A stretch of DNA of 64,000 nt from a virus (IMGVR_UViG_3300031555_003442:113809-177808); one strand, 5' to 3'. Counted from the stretch's first letter, positions 26,421 through 36,825 are shown. The notes: generated by a model from the sequence alone, not told the origin. Numbers and translations: made by a program.

Positions 26421-27020
26421 ATGCAAAACGACCCTATCCTTGGTCTACTGAGCGGACTTATCGGAGTCCCAGAGGAAGAAATTCTGAGTGCGCTAAACAA
26501 GAGTTGTGCTCCTACCCCCGTCTCTATCAGGATGCCGAGACATCCGAGCGAATGGGATTCTCAACGCACTCAACCACAGCCGAAGGAAAGAGCTCTTTCC
26601 AGCAACCAGGAAATGGCCAACAAGATTAACGAGCTGTACAACGAGCTTAACCAGAAGGACAAGGACCTTAGGGAAGCCCGAGAAAGCGTAAGACGCATGC
26701 AGGACAGCTTGCGTGATTTCAGAAAACGTGCGGAGGATGCCGAAATGAAGGCGGCATCAACACTTGCCAGCTACAACACGCTTTCCGCACAGTACAACAG
26801 TCTTTTCGACAAGTACCGTGCTGCGAAGGCTGCTCTCAGGGCGGCACAGAACAACAGCGTTTACAAGTGTTCCAACCCATTCACCGTGGCAAGTTTCGAC
26901 CCTGCCGTTCCTAATGCCGATGAATATAGGGAACAGGTTGTCAACCCTAAAGAAGTTGACGCCATCGACATCCCTCTCGCTACCGCAGAAAGCATCATCA
27001 GGAAGATTCAGGGGTTGTAA
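26421..27020 (+). CDS. Coiled-coil protein
   Basis: Heptad-rich centre; GAGGT RBS. Confidence 0.7.
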   Translation: MQNDPILGLLSGLIGVPEEEILSALNKSCAPTPVSIRMPRHPSEWDSQRTQPQPKERALSSNQEMANKINELYNELNQKDKDLREARESVRRMQDSLRDFRKRAEDAEMKAASTLASYNTLSAQYNSLFDKYRAAKAALRAAQNNSVYKCSNPFTVASFDPAVPNADEYREQVVNPKEVDAIDIPLATAESIIRKIQGL

Positions 27021-27499
27021 TGGATATTTCCAAGTTCTGCAACGAAGAAGGAATAATCCCGAAGGAAACTTACGACAAGCTCTACAACGAGTACAAGACT
27101 AAGTGCGACGGGATTATACCCCTTGGTGAAAAGTATGTCATGAACAAGGCTGGAACCGTCGGCCAGGTTGAACTCCCCGAGGGTTCCACTTTCATTATCG
27201 AGCTTGCTTACACCCCTACCATACACAGGATAGACATCGTCATCCTGTCCGAGGACGGACCGTGCATAGCGTTCGACGACATCGACGAATTGCTTTCTGT
27301 CCTGAAAACTTTCGATTTTTCCGTCTACAAGAAGGAACTGCTGGAAAAGCTCGACTTCCTAAGGGGCGAGACAATCAAGCTGTTCAAGATGATTCAGGCA
27401 AACGACGTGGAACTCCTTCTCGAACTGAAGGGGGTCTTCCGCAAGATTGAACAACATGCCGAGGAAGCTGACTATTCAGTCAAGATTAAAGATAGGTAG
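27020..27499 (+). CDS. Hypothetical protein
   Basis: TAATG coupling. Confidence 0.7.
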   Translation: MDISKFCNEEGIIPKETYDKLYNEYKTKCDGIIPLGEKYVMNKAGTVGQVELPEGSTFIIELAYTPTIHRIDIVILSEDGPCIAFDDIDELLSVLKTFDFSVYKKELLEKLDFLRGETIKLFKMIQANDVELLLELKGVFRKIEQHAEEADYSVKIKDR

Positions 27500-27502
27500 A
27501 TT

Positions 27503-28009
27503 ATGCTAGTTACTAGAATTTTGAAGCTCTGCAAGGATTGCGGACTGGAAAACGACCCAGTAAAGGCTGGCGTCGACATGGGTACAACAATGCCGATTAA
27601 GAACGGCAAGTGGACCGAGAAGAAATACTTCGACGGCGAGTCTGGCTACGCCATGTGCCTTACCCCGAAGCATGTTCCCGAAAAGTACTACGACCGTGGT
27701 GGAAACGAAATCCTCTACATGGATACGTTCACTTCGGAAAAGGACGGGACATTCATGAAGAACCTCACCCTGTTCCTTCCCATGATGAGCCGAGGCGGAA
27801 AGCTGATTTTCGTAAAGCGTGCCGTCGCCTCGGAAATTTACCGAAAGGACCTTATAATGGACGGAATCGAAGAATCGTTCATCATCGGCGAGGACTCCTA
27901 TGAATCCTTCGTTCCCGAAATCCAGGTTCCCGAATGCGAGGACGCCGTAGTAGAAATTATCAAGAAATACATCACCAATGTCGCAGCCGTATGCCGCACA
28001 TTGGTATAA
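27503..28009 (+). CDS. Hypothetical protein
   Basis: Operon packing. Confidence 0.7.
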   Translation: MLVTRILKLCKDCGLENDPVKAGVDMGTTMPIKNGKWTEKKYFDGESGYAMCLTPKHVPEKYYDRGGNEILYMDTFTSEKDGTFMKNLTLFLPMMSRGGKLIFVKRAVASEIYRKDLIMDGIEESFIIGEDSYESFVPEIQVPECEDAVVEIIKKYITNVAAVCRTLV

Positions 28010-28012
28010 ACT
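28005..28012 (+). promoter_or_regulatory. Late-type promoter TATAAACT
   Basis: 25 nt upstream of ATG 28038. Confidence 0.65.
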
Positions 28013-28037
28013 GTAGTTGATTTATAGAGGATTGCTC

Positions 28038-30893
28038 ATGAGCGAATATACCAAGGAAGAATTGCAAGAAATCGAAAAGGAACTCGCAGATTTTAAGCGT
28101 ATGGCTTCGGAGAGGACTTCCCCTGTCGCCATATTCATGCCGATTATAACGGGTTTCGATTGGGTCCCTGCACGTCACGGTGAAACACAAACCATCGTGC
28201 TTGCGTCAAACTATGAAGACAAAATCGACAACGGATGCGTGATATACAATCCAGCATTCATTCATCAGCTGGCAAAAGACCGAGATTATGCGACATTCTT
28301 TGCCATAATCGCTACGATGGGTCTTGGCATCGAGTGCGGATATTATGACTACCGTCATGGCGAGGGCGAGGCACATACTAAGGCCGTGCAGATGATGATG
28401 GCCCATTCCAACATCTTTAAGCGAATAATGGGCAACAACCAAATCCTCAACGAACGACTTGCCGCATTGCAGGCGTTGTATGAGAATGAAGCTGTCCTGC
28501 AAGGCGTCGAAAAGGTTTGTGAAAGCCTCGATAAAGAATTTGAAGATGACGACTGGAACTTGGAAACCCTCAGAAACTACATCCGTATGTTCCAACAGTA
28601 CGTCTCTCAGCAGCTCCCGCCAGCATTTTCTGGCTCTCTCCCGCAGCAAGATGACCCTCAGCAACAGGGACAGCAAGGTCAGCAGGGACAGCAAGGCCAG
28701 CAAGGACAACAACAGCAGGGACAACAGGGTGATAACGGACAATCCCAATCAAGCCCGTGGGGTGCAGTTGTTCAAGACCAGCCGCAGTCACAGCAAAATC
28801 AACAGCAGGATGGCCAACAGGACGGTCAGCAGGGCCGGCAAGGTCAGCAAGGACGGCCTGGTCAGCAGGGACGCCAGTCTCAACAGAATCAACAGCAGGA
28901 TGGCCAACAGGACGGTCAGCAGGGCCGGCAAGGTCAGCAAGGACGGCCTGGTCAGCAGGGACGCCAGTCTCAACAGAATCAACAGCAGAATGGCGGTCAA
29001 CAGGGCGGTGAGCAGAAGAGTGCCCAAGAGATTTCAAAGAATGTCATGAAGAGTGCCATGCAGGCTAACAAGGCTGCACAGAATTGTAGCAAGCAGTGTG
29101 GTCAAACTTCCGATGCAAAGCAGGCTGCCCAGGAAATGCAGCAGGCTTCCCGTTCGATGAACTCCGCCATGAAGCAGTACAAGCAAGCTGCTGAGGCAGG
29201 TGACCAGCAGGGCATGGAACAGGCCGCTCAACAGATGCAGCAGTCTGCCCAGGAAATGCAGGAAGCTTCCCAGCACATGAAACAGGCAATGGAACAGGCT
29301 GGTATGGACCCGTCTGATAGCAAGGATGTGCAATCAATGGAACAGGCTGCCGAAGATGCACAGCAGGCCGCACAGGATGCACAGAACGGTGCCCAGCAGG
29401 CTTCCAATGGTTCTGATGGTCAGGATGGTTCTGACGGTTCTGACGGTACTGGCGACAGCTGGGATGGTGACGGCGACGGTGATGGAAACGGCGGCACCGA
29501 CGGAAGTGACGGAACTGAAATAGAAGGTTATGGCCCTATGTCGTTCGGCAAGGTTCCGATGCAGGGAAGCAACCGCAGCGCACAAGGAGGCGATGTCGAA
29601 GGCGGCGAGTTTGGCGACGAAGGTGATGAGACTTACGATGGCGGTTCATCTAGCGGTCAGCCAGGTCAGCAATCCTCCAATGGTCAGAGTGGCTCTAATG
29701 GTTCACAGTCCAGTGGTACAGACGATTCTGGTGAAGGAAATTCACCCAGCAGTATAGACGGAAGCGACGACCAGCAAAATGGTGCAGGCTCTGGCGGTTC
29801 AGGTGGACTTGGCGGCAAGCACATCAATCTAATGGGATTGAATAACAACATAGCTCAGTTTGCCAACGACACGAGTACATTCTCACGGGTGCAATCAAGT
29901 TCTGTAATGGCTGGTTCAGGCGAAAGCAATTCCTTCATGAACAATTTGGAAAATGTTAAATCCGAGATAAACAGCAACATAGAGCTCAAGCAAAAGTGCG
30001 CTAATGCCGAGGAACAACGGCAGATGCAAGAGCTTAACTCTAAGATAAATGACCTAAATAACGATGCGAACTTGCATATCCGTAGCGATATGAAGTTGAA
30101 AATCGCAGCTGACCTACTCCGCAAGGCAAGGACCCCGAGACGCACGGCAAACATTGATGGCGAGATTAGGAACATGAATAATCCTACCCGAAGTCACTTT
30201 TCCACGGGAGGATTTAACACGTATGACGACTTCACACCATCGGTTCTTATTGCGATTGACGCATCACGCTCTATGTGGTGTAAACGAAGCATACTTCTCG
30301 GTGCAACAGGGCTTCTTGCAGATATTGCACAGAAATTGCGTGGTGCTAAGCTTAGGTATGCAATGTGGGATGACGCTTGTGATGTACCAAGGGTATTCAA
30401 CCTTAACGTAGCTAAATCTCTCGCTAATGGTAGCGGAATTGCTGTACAACCAGTGGAAGCGGTTCTGCAAACATCGGTCGGTAGAGGCGGTACTAACATA
30501 TATAGCGTTGCTGACCGTTTGACACCGTTCGTGTATCCACCTGAGGTTGATGCTAATGGAATCCCGTTATCGAAAAAGGTACGTACTCGTAAGTACGCTC
30601 CTGAGGAGAAGAGAAAGTACAACCTTACGTTCGGTACGGATTATGACCTAATCATAATTTACAGCGACTTCTATTTCCCGTCCAATAACTCTATCCCGAG
30701 CGACAAGGCAGAGATGCGTTATATGTTTGACCAGATTGACTTGAAGAAACTATGCTGCATCTGTTGTGACACCGATGGAGAACGCAAGACTCCAGAAACA
30801 TTCAAGAAAAGTATTCTTGGCTGGTACTCCTACGAGACATGGAAAAAAGAGATTGAGGTATACGCCCTCGAAAAACTCTATGGAAATAAATAG
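28038..30893 (+). CDS. Giant DUF2201-like/vWA protein with long Q/G/S/D low-complexity linker
   Basis: IYNPAFI N-domain; AIDASRSM, GRGGTN, IIYSD. Confidence 0.8.
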   Translation: MSEYTKEELQEIEKELADFKRMASERTSPVAIFMPIITGFDWVPARHGETQTIVLASNYEDKIDNGCVIYNPAFIHQLAKDRDYATFFAIIATMGLGIECGYYDYRHGEGEAHTKAVQMMMAHSNIFKRIMGNNQILNERLAALQALYENEAVLQGVEKVCESLDKEFEDDDWNLETLRNYIRMFQQYVSQQLPPAFSGSLPQQDDPQQQGQQGQQGQQGQQGQQQQGQQGDNGQSQSSPWGAVVQDQPQSQQNQQQDGQQDGQQGRQGQQGRPGQQGRQSQQNQQQDGQQDGQQGRQGQQGRPGQQGRQSQQNQQQNGGQQGGEQKSAQEISKNVMKSAMQANKAAQNCSKQCGQTSDAKQAAQEMQQASRSMNSAMKQYKQAAEAGDQQGMEQAAQQMQQSAQEMQEASQHMKQAMEQAGMDPSDSKDVQSMEQAAEDAQQAAQDAQNGAQQASNGSDGQDGSDGSDGTGDSWDGDGDGDGNGGTDGSDGTEIEGYGPMSFGKVPMQGSNRSAQGGDVEGGEFGDEGDETYDGGSSSGQPGQQSSNGQSGSNGSQSSGTDDSGEGNSPSSIDGSDDQQNGAGSGGSGGLGGKHINLMGLNNNIAQFANDTSTFSRVQSSSVMAGSGESNSFMNNLENVKSEINSNIELKQKCANAEEQRQMQELNSKINDLNNDANLHIRSDMKLKIAADLLRKARTPRRTANIDGEIRNMNNPTRSHFSTGGFNTYDDFTPSVLIAIDASRSMWCKRSILLGATGLLADIAQKLRGAKLRYAMWDDACDVPRVFNLNVAKSLANGSGIAVQPVEAVLQTSVGRGGTNIYSVADRLTPFVYPPEVDANGIPLSKKVRTRKYAPEEKRKYNLTFGTDYDLIIIYSDFYFPSNNSIPSDKAEMRYMFDQIDLKKLCCICCDTDGERKTPETFKKSILGWYSYETWKKEIEVYALEKLYGNK
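28797..28988 (+). repeat. Exact 90-bp coding tandem repeat (about 2.1 copies)
   Basis: 28797-28886 = 28887-28976 plus 12 nt; encodes NQQQDGQQDGQQGRQGQQGRPGQQGRQSQQ. Confidence 0.95.
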
Positions 30894-30910
30894 CCCATAG
30901 CCAATTATGA

Positions 30911-30947
30911 AAATAAAGCCCGTCCTTGATAAGGATGGGCTTTATTC
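30911..30947. terminator. Bidirectional terminator
   Basis: AATAAAGCCCGTCCTT-GAT-AAGGATGGGCTTTATT. Confidence 0.75.
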
Positions 30948-32368
30948 TAGGCTTCGGCCTTCTGTAATCGAATCCGTTTTGCGAACTGGTTTCTCGTAAG
31001 GACGATTGCCTTTTCACGGGGTGTTTTCTTCAAGTGCAACTTATGCGACATTGCCAGCATTTCTCCGAGAAGCTCCGACGGCTTTACGCCGAGCTTCATG
31101 AAGTCGTCGGCTGTCGCCTCTGGCTGCTTCATGAGTTCACGGTAGTTGTGGAGTCTGTCTGCGAGAACTTCCTCGTAATGTGTGTATTCGATTTGCACGC
31201 CACGGCCAAAGTGGTCGCAACGGGCCAGCAACATCAGGTCTTCCGCATGTTTCGTCTGGTCGAACATGTGGTTGAAAGCGTAGTCCGTAGCGTCGTTGCC
31301 CACATACATGTTCGGTTGCATGTGCAGGACGGTCAGGTTCTGAACATACGAGCGAATCGAGTTCGGCATCCTGAGACGGTCCATGAACGTGTCGATGAGG
31401 GGTTTCGCCGCCTGGTCGTGACCGTATGAAACGAGACGCTGCTTAACCTTGTGGAAGAACGTGGTCTTCGCCTTCCCGAAGTCATGGCAGAGAGCGGCCA
31501 GCATGAATCCGTAGGGGTTATCCGCACGGTCTCTAACCTTTGCCGCCTCGTCGAGTACGAGCATGGTGTGTTCGAACACGTTTCCTTCTGGATGGAACTC
31601 GGGGCACTGCTGAGTCTCGATTAACGCAGTCAGTTCGGGAAACCAGTAACCGAGTGCGTCCATTTCGAGCAGCTTCCTGAAGAAGATGGACGGCCTGTCG
31701 GCTTTCATCAGGGCCTTGTGCATTTCCGATTCGACCCGTTCACCCGACAGGGCTTCAAGCTTTCCCGAAATTGAACGGGACAGTTCAATTGTCTCTGGGG
31801 CGATGCCGAAATTGAATCTGGCTGCGAACTGTGCTGCTCGGAACACTCTGAGGGCATCCTCTACATAGGTCTCGTCGCAAACGTGACGGATGGTCTTGCT
31901 TGCGATGTCGTCGCAACCCTTGTGGCAATCCACGACTTCATCGGCCTCCACATCGTACATGAGGGAGTTGATGGTGAAGTCCCTGCGACGGCTTGCCTCG
32001 TCGACACCCATGAACGGGTCTACGGACACGGCGAAGTCGGTGTGCTTGCAACCGATGCAGTGTTCCTTGCGAGGCATTGCGATGTCAAAGTCGTAACCCT
32101 TGATTCCGTACACGCCGAAAGAGGAGCCCTTCTTCAATGCGGGGCTTCCGCTAACCTCGAAAAGGATTTTCTCGATTGTGGATGCATCGAGACCGTGAAT
32201 CTCGAAGTCGATATCCTTGTTGTCCTTCCCGATGATTGCATCACGGACAAAACCGCCGACGACATACGCCTTTCCGCCAGCAGACGAAACCGCATGAACG
32301 AGTTTCATCATGCAGGACACGTTTCTGTCGTCCTTGTTCTTGTCAAAGTATTTCTTTATTTCAGTCAT
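30947..32368 (-). CDS. cca: Class II tRNA nucleotidyltransferase (CCA-adding) with HD domain
   Basis: VGGFVRD..DIDF, RRDFTIN, EDALRVFRA, SGERV, HPEG..EHT, LCHDFGK. Confidence 0.9.
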   Translation of the reverse strand: MTEIKKYFDKNKDDRNVSCMMKLVHAVSSAGGKAYVVGGFVRDAIIGKDNKDIDFEIHGLDASTIEKILFEVSGSPALKKGSSFGVYGIKGYDFDIAMPRKEHCIGCKHTDFAVSVDPFMGVDEASRRRDFTINSLMYDVEADEVVDCHKGCDDIASKTIRHVCDETYVEDALRVFRAAQFAARFNFGIAPETIELSRSISGKLEALSGERVESEMHKALMKADRPSIFFRKLLEMDALGYWFPELTALIETQQCPEFHPEGNVFEHTMLVLDEAAKVRDRADNPYGFMLAALCHDFGKAKTTFFHKVKQRLVSYGHDQAAKPLIDTFMDRLRMPNSIRSYVQNLTVLHMQPNMYVGNDATDYAFNHMFDQTKHAEDLMLLARCDHFGRGVQIEYTHYEEVLADRLHNYRELMKQPEATADDFMKLGVKPSELLGEMLAMSHKLHLKKTPREKAIVLTRNQFAKRIRLQKAEA

Positions 32369-33077
32369 TCGGTTCCTCCGATGTACCGATTTCTTTTCCG
32401 AGATACTGAGCCACTATCTTGTCTCCATCCATATTATCCGACTGGTCCATAAGGCACTGTACTCCAAGTTCGTGCAGGTGCATTTCGGCATATGAGTTGA
32501 CCTCCGCCTTGGCCTTCACTACGATGTTGCCCATTTCCTCCATGAAACGTGTTCTGAGGAAGTTCAGGTTGGCTACGCTGTTGGTGCGGAAGCACTTCAT
32601 GTTGTCCAGCATTTCCTTCATCTGCGTCTTTGACATGGGCTTTCCGCTTGCGATGGCATCAGTCAGTTCTTTCTCGAAACGCTTGATGCCGTTGGAAAAC
32701 TCGTCGAAATGCTCGTTCGTAGACTGGAGATACTTGTCAGCCGTTGTATCTTCTTCTGGGCGAGACATAATCTTGCCGTCAACCTTTGTAATTGTGCAAG
32801 GAACACCTTCCGCCTGTCCACCGCAAGTCAGGAATTCTGCCCACTGCAACGGGGTCATTTCCAGTTCGATGTACGGCTGATTGTCCGTAAGGATGCTAGT
32901 GTCGGATTCGTCCCCTCCGTGGCAAATTACTTTTGCCCTGTCAATGCGGATGCATACGGGGTGGCTTGTCTTGATGGCGGAACCGAACATCGGTTGGGGA
33001 GCACCGAAATACGGACGGCTCCAAGAGATGGTTCCCATGTAATCCTTGCTAGGCAATTCGTCAAATGTTCTACTCAT
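32361..33077 (-). CDS. Hypothetical phage protein
   Basis: FGS..HPV.IRI..A, IELEMT..QWAE, GVPCTI; own promoter. Confidence 0.75.
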   Translation of the reverse strand: MSRTFDELPSKDYMGTISWSRPYFGAPQPMFGSAIKTSHPVCIRIDRAKVICHGGDESDTSILTDNQPYIELEMTPLQWAEFLTCGGQAEGVPCTITKVDGKIMSRPEEDTTADKYLQSTNEHFDEFSNGIKRFEKELTDAIASGKPMSKTQMKEMLDNMKCFRTNSVANLNFLRTRFMEEMGNIVVKAKAEVNSYAEMHLHELGVQCLMDQSDNMDGDKIVAQYLGKEIGTSEEPND

Positions 33078-33103
33078 GATTATATCCTTATGTTGATATC
33101 ATA

Positions 33104-33132
33104 AATATAACTAATTAAAAACGACTTGTCAA
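33104..33132 (-). promoter_or_regulatory. Sigma70-like early promoter
   Basis: TTGACA-N17-TATATT. Confidence 0.75.
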
Positions 33133-33153
33133 GGGGATTTTGGTAAAAATACG

Positions 33154-33176
33154 AAAAAAGTCCCCGAAGGGACTTT
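33154..33176 (-). terminator. Intrinsic terminator
   Basis: Minus strand AAAGTCCC-TTCG-GGGACTTTTTT. Confidence 0.8.
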
Positions 33177-33205
33177 AATGTTAATTCATTTTGATTTGGA
33201 TAGAC

Positions 33206-34882
33206 TTAGGACTTGTCGTCGTGGGTTACCACTTCAAAGTCATCATCGTCGAGTCCGTCCAGCTCGTCCAGCTCGTCCTCGGTAAAGATATCACCGTCAG
33301 CAGTTATTCCACCAAGAGCAATTTGCAGCTTGTTGAAAGCGTTGCTTACATCCTCGTCAGTGACTTTTCCTTTTTTGTCGAGTTTGGGAGCGATTCGGTC
33401 GGTACGGTTTTTCAGGTCGTCCATCATCGTCTTGTAGTAAGTCGAAGTTAAGGCAGACGGGTCCTTGGTATTGGCCAACTTGTTGAAGTATGTGTTTCTA
33501 TTAACCTCGAATTCCAAATCATCCAGATTCTCGCCACCCATGGTTTCGTTAGCTTCATTCCATGCATCTGTATCAAGCTTGCATGCGGTTGACGCAGCCT
33601 GCCAATCTTCGATTGCACGGAAGATGATGTTCGGAAGGTCTGATGCCTTTACGCCAACGATGTCATATTCTCCATCCTTTTGAGGAGAGTATCCACGTCC
33701 ACGTATTGTAAGGTTGTAGCTGAGAACTTCCTTCATTTGCGTGATGTCTTGGTACAACGGGTGGGAATCTGGCAGACCCAATCCAGCGACATGTATGTCG
33801 CATACGAGAGTGTCGAGAGGTCCAACTTCCTCCTCGTAATCGACATTGGGAACGACAATAAGAATTTTACGGCCAGTTTCCTGGTGAACGCATACGAGAG
33901 CTTCAGATACCTCGTCGTATGTAACCTGGAATATGGGTTTCTTCTTTTTTGTCATTTTTTCGCCGAGCTTGACATCGAGGAATGCTGCCAGAGCCTTGAG
34001 CATTTCCTCGTAAGTATGGTTCGTCTGGGCGTCTTGGAATGTATTACGGTCTCGGAAATCTTCATCCAGCAGGGCGCCCATCTTGTCCAATCTAGCATCA
34101 AGCATCTGGCACAGTTCGTCGATAGACTTGGTCTGTGCCTCGCCCTTTGTGAACAGAGTATATTTCGTCCTGTTGCTGGTGTATTGCGTGGAGCAAATCT
34201 TTTCTTTGAGCTTCTGGCATAATTTATCAACGCCGTCCGTTGAAAGAAGAGATTCACCCATAACATTTGATATAATGTGTTCATCGACTGAGCTACGCTG
34301 TCTCAGTCTACCTGAGAGGTCATTGAGCAAATCTTCTAAATCTGTGTTTTTGGCCTCTTCTGTGCTGAACACTGGATATGAATGTCCAGCGAGCGTGCAG
34401 GTCTGTTCGCAAATCGTTTCTTTGAGCTTTTCGTCAAGGGGTTCGTCATCCAACAGGGTATTGATTGCGTCTCGCCTGTCTTCATCGGTTTCGCACCAGG
34501 AGAGGTCATCCTCGAAATACTTGAATGCAATGTTATAAAGGGTGTCCTCATCGGCGTCGAGCAACTGTCTAAGTTCAACCTCTGCCTTAGCCCATACTTG
34601 CCTAGCGGCAGACAATTCCTGTGGGGTATAATCGAGGTAAGATGAATAGTACTTCTTGGCCACTGACATAATGTCATCCAGTGTTCCACCAAGCTTCATC
34701 AGGTCTTCCTTAGCAGCTTTCCATATTTTCGATACGCCGTAGTCGGATGCAGGGTTCCTCAAAGAGGACATGCCAAGGGTTTTGACATCTGTTACGCCAC
34801 GTCTTTTGGCGATATCTTTCACCCTATCCTTGGAGTACGGGAGGGATGTACCGAATTCTTTGTTGAGGTCTTGATTTTCCAT
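33206..34882 (-). CDS. Late acidic hypothetical protein
   Basis: 558 aa; AAGGA RBS; late motif upstream. Confidence 0.75.
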   Translation of the reverse strand: MENQDLNKEFGTSLPYSKDRVKDIAKRRGVTDVKTLGMSSLRNPASDYGVSKIWKAAKEDLMKLGGTLDDIMSVAKKYYSSYLDYTPQELSAARQVWAKAEVELRQLLDADEDTLYNIAFKYFEDDLSWCETDEDRRDAINTLLDDEPLDEKLKETICEQTCTLAGHSYPVFSTEEAKNTDLEDLLNDLSGRLRQRSSVDEHIISNVMGESLLSTDGVDKLCQKLKEKICSTQYTSNRTKYTLFTKGEAQTKSIDELCQMLDARLDKMGALLDEDFRDRNTFQDAQTNHTYEEMLKALAAFLDVKLGEKMTKKKKPIFQVTYDEVSEALVCVHQETGRKILIVVPNVDYEEEVGPLDTLVCDIHVAGLGLPDSHPLYQDITQMKEVLSYNLTIRGRGYSPQKDGEYDIVGVKASDLPNIIFRAIEDWQAASTACKLDTDAWNEANETMGGENLDDLEFEVNRNTYFNKLANTKDPSALTSTYYKTMMDDLKNRTDRIAPKLDKKGKVTDEDVSNAFNKLQIALGGITADGDIFTEDELDELDGLDDDDFEVVTHDDKS

Positions 34883-34909
34883 GGTTAAACCTATCCTTCT
34901 TTCACTTAT

Positions 34910-34917
34910 AGTTTATA
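34910..34917 (-). promoter_or_regulatory. Late-type promoter TATAAACT
   Basis: 27 nt upstream of ATG 34882. Confidence 0.65.
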
Positions 34918-35758
34918 ACTGCTCGGTGGGTTCGGTCTTGGGTTCGTCGCCCATATCGTTGAACAGGTCGTCGCTTGGCGGTGACGGCCTCCTTGGGTCC
35001 AGCTTCTCGATATCATACATCTTTGCCCATAGCTTGTCGTCGTCGAGGTTGGAGTTCAATTTATCAGCCTGCTTCTTGTTTGCGAGCGTCTCGTACTTTG
35101 CGGCGAGCAGGTTCTGGTTGTTAACCGCCTTGATTGCGGTTATTACTTCTTCGCTGAAATGGTACTTGCTCGCATCACAGCAGCAAAGCCAGTATGTTTC
35201 CATCTCGTTTGCCTTCTTTTCGACAAATCCTTTAATCGGATTGAAGTCCTTCTGTAGATGGCGGCTCATTATACCCATGTGGAGATTTTGTGAAACAGCA
35301 CCGAGAGCATCGCTGGATGTAGGATGTAAGTATCGGCCTTGGTTCACAAACCTGTGGATAGCGTGGTTCACCTCGTGAAGGAATATCGCCGCCTCCTTCA
35401 CCGTAAGCTTCATGCGGATAGTCTTCTCGGAGACCTTAACCAATTCTTTCGGACGGAGATATACGGTTCCTGATGCCGATGGCGGCAATTCAATCGATGG
35501 ACTTCCTTGGGTGAACTCTCCCGTTCCGATACTGTGTGCTCCGCCAGCAAAGTCTGGAACATCTGGGCTGTTTATCGTTAGTTTCGGGGCGGCAAAAATA
35601 TCCTTATCCTCCGAATACTGGACTAGGCGCATTAGGTTGGCCTCGATTGCCTTTCCAAGTTTTCCGCCTTCGTCAGGCGTGTCCACAAACAGTCTGGACA
35701 TCTTTTCGCTAGGAACCACGATTTTTTTCTTAACTGGAACTGCTATCCATTCTTCCAT
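34913..35758 (-). CDS. Late zincin-like metallopeptidase
   Basis: FLHEVNHAIH and downstream NEMET. Confidence 0.6.
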   Translation of the reverse strand: MEEWIAVPVKKKIVVPSEKMSRLFVDTPDEGGKLGKAIEANLMRLVQYSEDKDIFAAPKLTINSPDVPDFAGGAHSIGTGEFTQGSPSIELPPSASGTVYLRPKELVKVSEKTIRMKLTVKEAAIFLHEVNHAIHRFVNQGRYLHPTSSDALGAVSQNLHMGIMSRHLQKDFNPIKGFVEKKANEMETYWLCCCDASKYHFSEEVITAIKAVNNQNLLAAKYETLANKKQADKLNSNLDDDKLWAKMYDIEKLDPRRPSPPSDDLFNDMGDEPKTEPTEQL

Positions 35759-35785
35759 ATTTAAACCCTTAGTTTAATCAACTCT

Positions 35786-35793
35786 AGTTTATA
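35786..35793 (-). promoter_or_regulatory. Late-type promoter TATAAACT
   Basis: 27 nt upstream of ATG 35758. Confidence 0.65.
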
Positions 35794-36487
35794 ACCCTAT
35801 GCGTGGGGGTTCGATGAAAGAATCAATATCTCGTTCAAATATGTAAGAAAGCCTGTCTTTTATCAACGAGTACCTACCTATCGCCATCTGCATGTAGGTT
35901 TCCTTCTGCAACAGCACGTTTACCGGCTGCTCGTGCAGGAAACGGCTTATGGTGAACCGTAGGCCGTGCTGCTGGAAGTTGCCGAGTTCAGTCAGCCCAG
36001 TTCCCGTCCTGATGTAATTCTCCTTTATCGCCAGCTTCTTCGGAGTCCATCCCAGTGATTCGAGATAGTTCATTATGTCCAGCTTTCGGACAAGGGCTAT
36101 GTCGCACTGGATGATGTCTGACGGGGTCTGGATATCTGGACGGGCCGCCTGAGGGAGCCATACGAACGAGAACAGGTCGTTCGTATGCTGCGGGTCGATT
36201 AGCCACCCAAGACGGTGCTGCTGGTGGTAATGGTTGTCCATGTATCCGATTTCCAGCGAGAATGTCGATAGGGGCTTACCGATGTACTTCACTGCGGCCT
36301 TCTCGTCGCAGGTCAGGTCCATTCCGTTTATGTGGACTACGAGGTCACTTCCCGCCTGTTGCTGGTCGGCGTCTGTGACACGGGTTATGTATCTCATGTG
36401 GGTGGTCTGCGGGTAAGCGACTGTGTCGAGATAATCGTTTACCACTTCGGCCAATCTGGTGTCTTCTTTCCTTGTACTCTGTGGCAT
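35789..36487 (-). CDS. PD-(D/E)xK restriction-endonuclease-fold protein
   Basis: QQAGSDL...CDEKA...TFSLEI...GWL. Confidence 0.65.
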   Translation of the reverse strand: MPQSTRKEDTRLAEVVNDYLDTVAYPQTTHMRYITRVTDADQQQAGSDLVVHINGMDLTCDEKAAVKYIGKPLSTFSLEIGYMDNHYHQQHRLGWLIDPQHTNDLFSFVWLPQAARPDIQTPSDIIQCDIALVRKLDIMNYLESLGWTPKKLAIKENYIRTGTGLTELGNFQQHGLRFTISRFLHEQPVNVLLQKETYMQMAIGRYSLIKDRLSYIFERDIDSFIEPPRIGL

Positions 36488-36502
36488 CTATACCTTTACG
36501 AC

Positions 36503-36796
36503 CTAGTCGTGGTAACGGGTGTAGTCTGAAACGGTGATGATGTAGGAACCGTGCGGGTAATCCCCGTTGCTTTCCCTCGATGTCACGCAATCGGACGGGA
36601 AATGCGACTTCACCACGTTGAGCACTTCGTGTATCACGGTGTCCCTCGGAGCGGTGCGTCGTCCAGGTGCAGGGTTGATAACAAGCTTGAACGAGTTCCC
36701 GCTTTCGGGAAATTCGATGAAACCGTTGTATCCGTAGTGGCCGGTCTTGTCGGTAAGGTCGTCAATAAACTTGGAAATGATTTCGTCACGCTTCAT
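36503..36796 (-). CDS. Hypothetical protein
   Basis: GAGGT RBS; own promoter. Confidence 0.7.
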   Translation of the reverse strand: MKRDEIISKFIDDLTDKTGHYGYNGFIEFPESGNSFKLVINPAPGRRTAPRDTVIHEVLNVVKSHFPSDCVTSRESNGDYPHGSYIITVSDYTRYHD

Positions 36797-36825
36797 TGTG
36801 ATACCTCTCGGGTTATTTTTATTGA

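Noticed and set aside
28797-28988. Repeat as CRISPR array
   Set aside because: Contiguous in-frame 90-bp duplication without spacers
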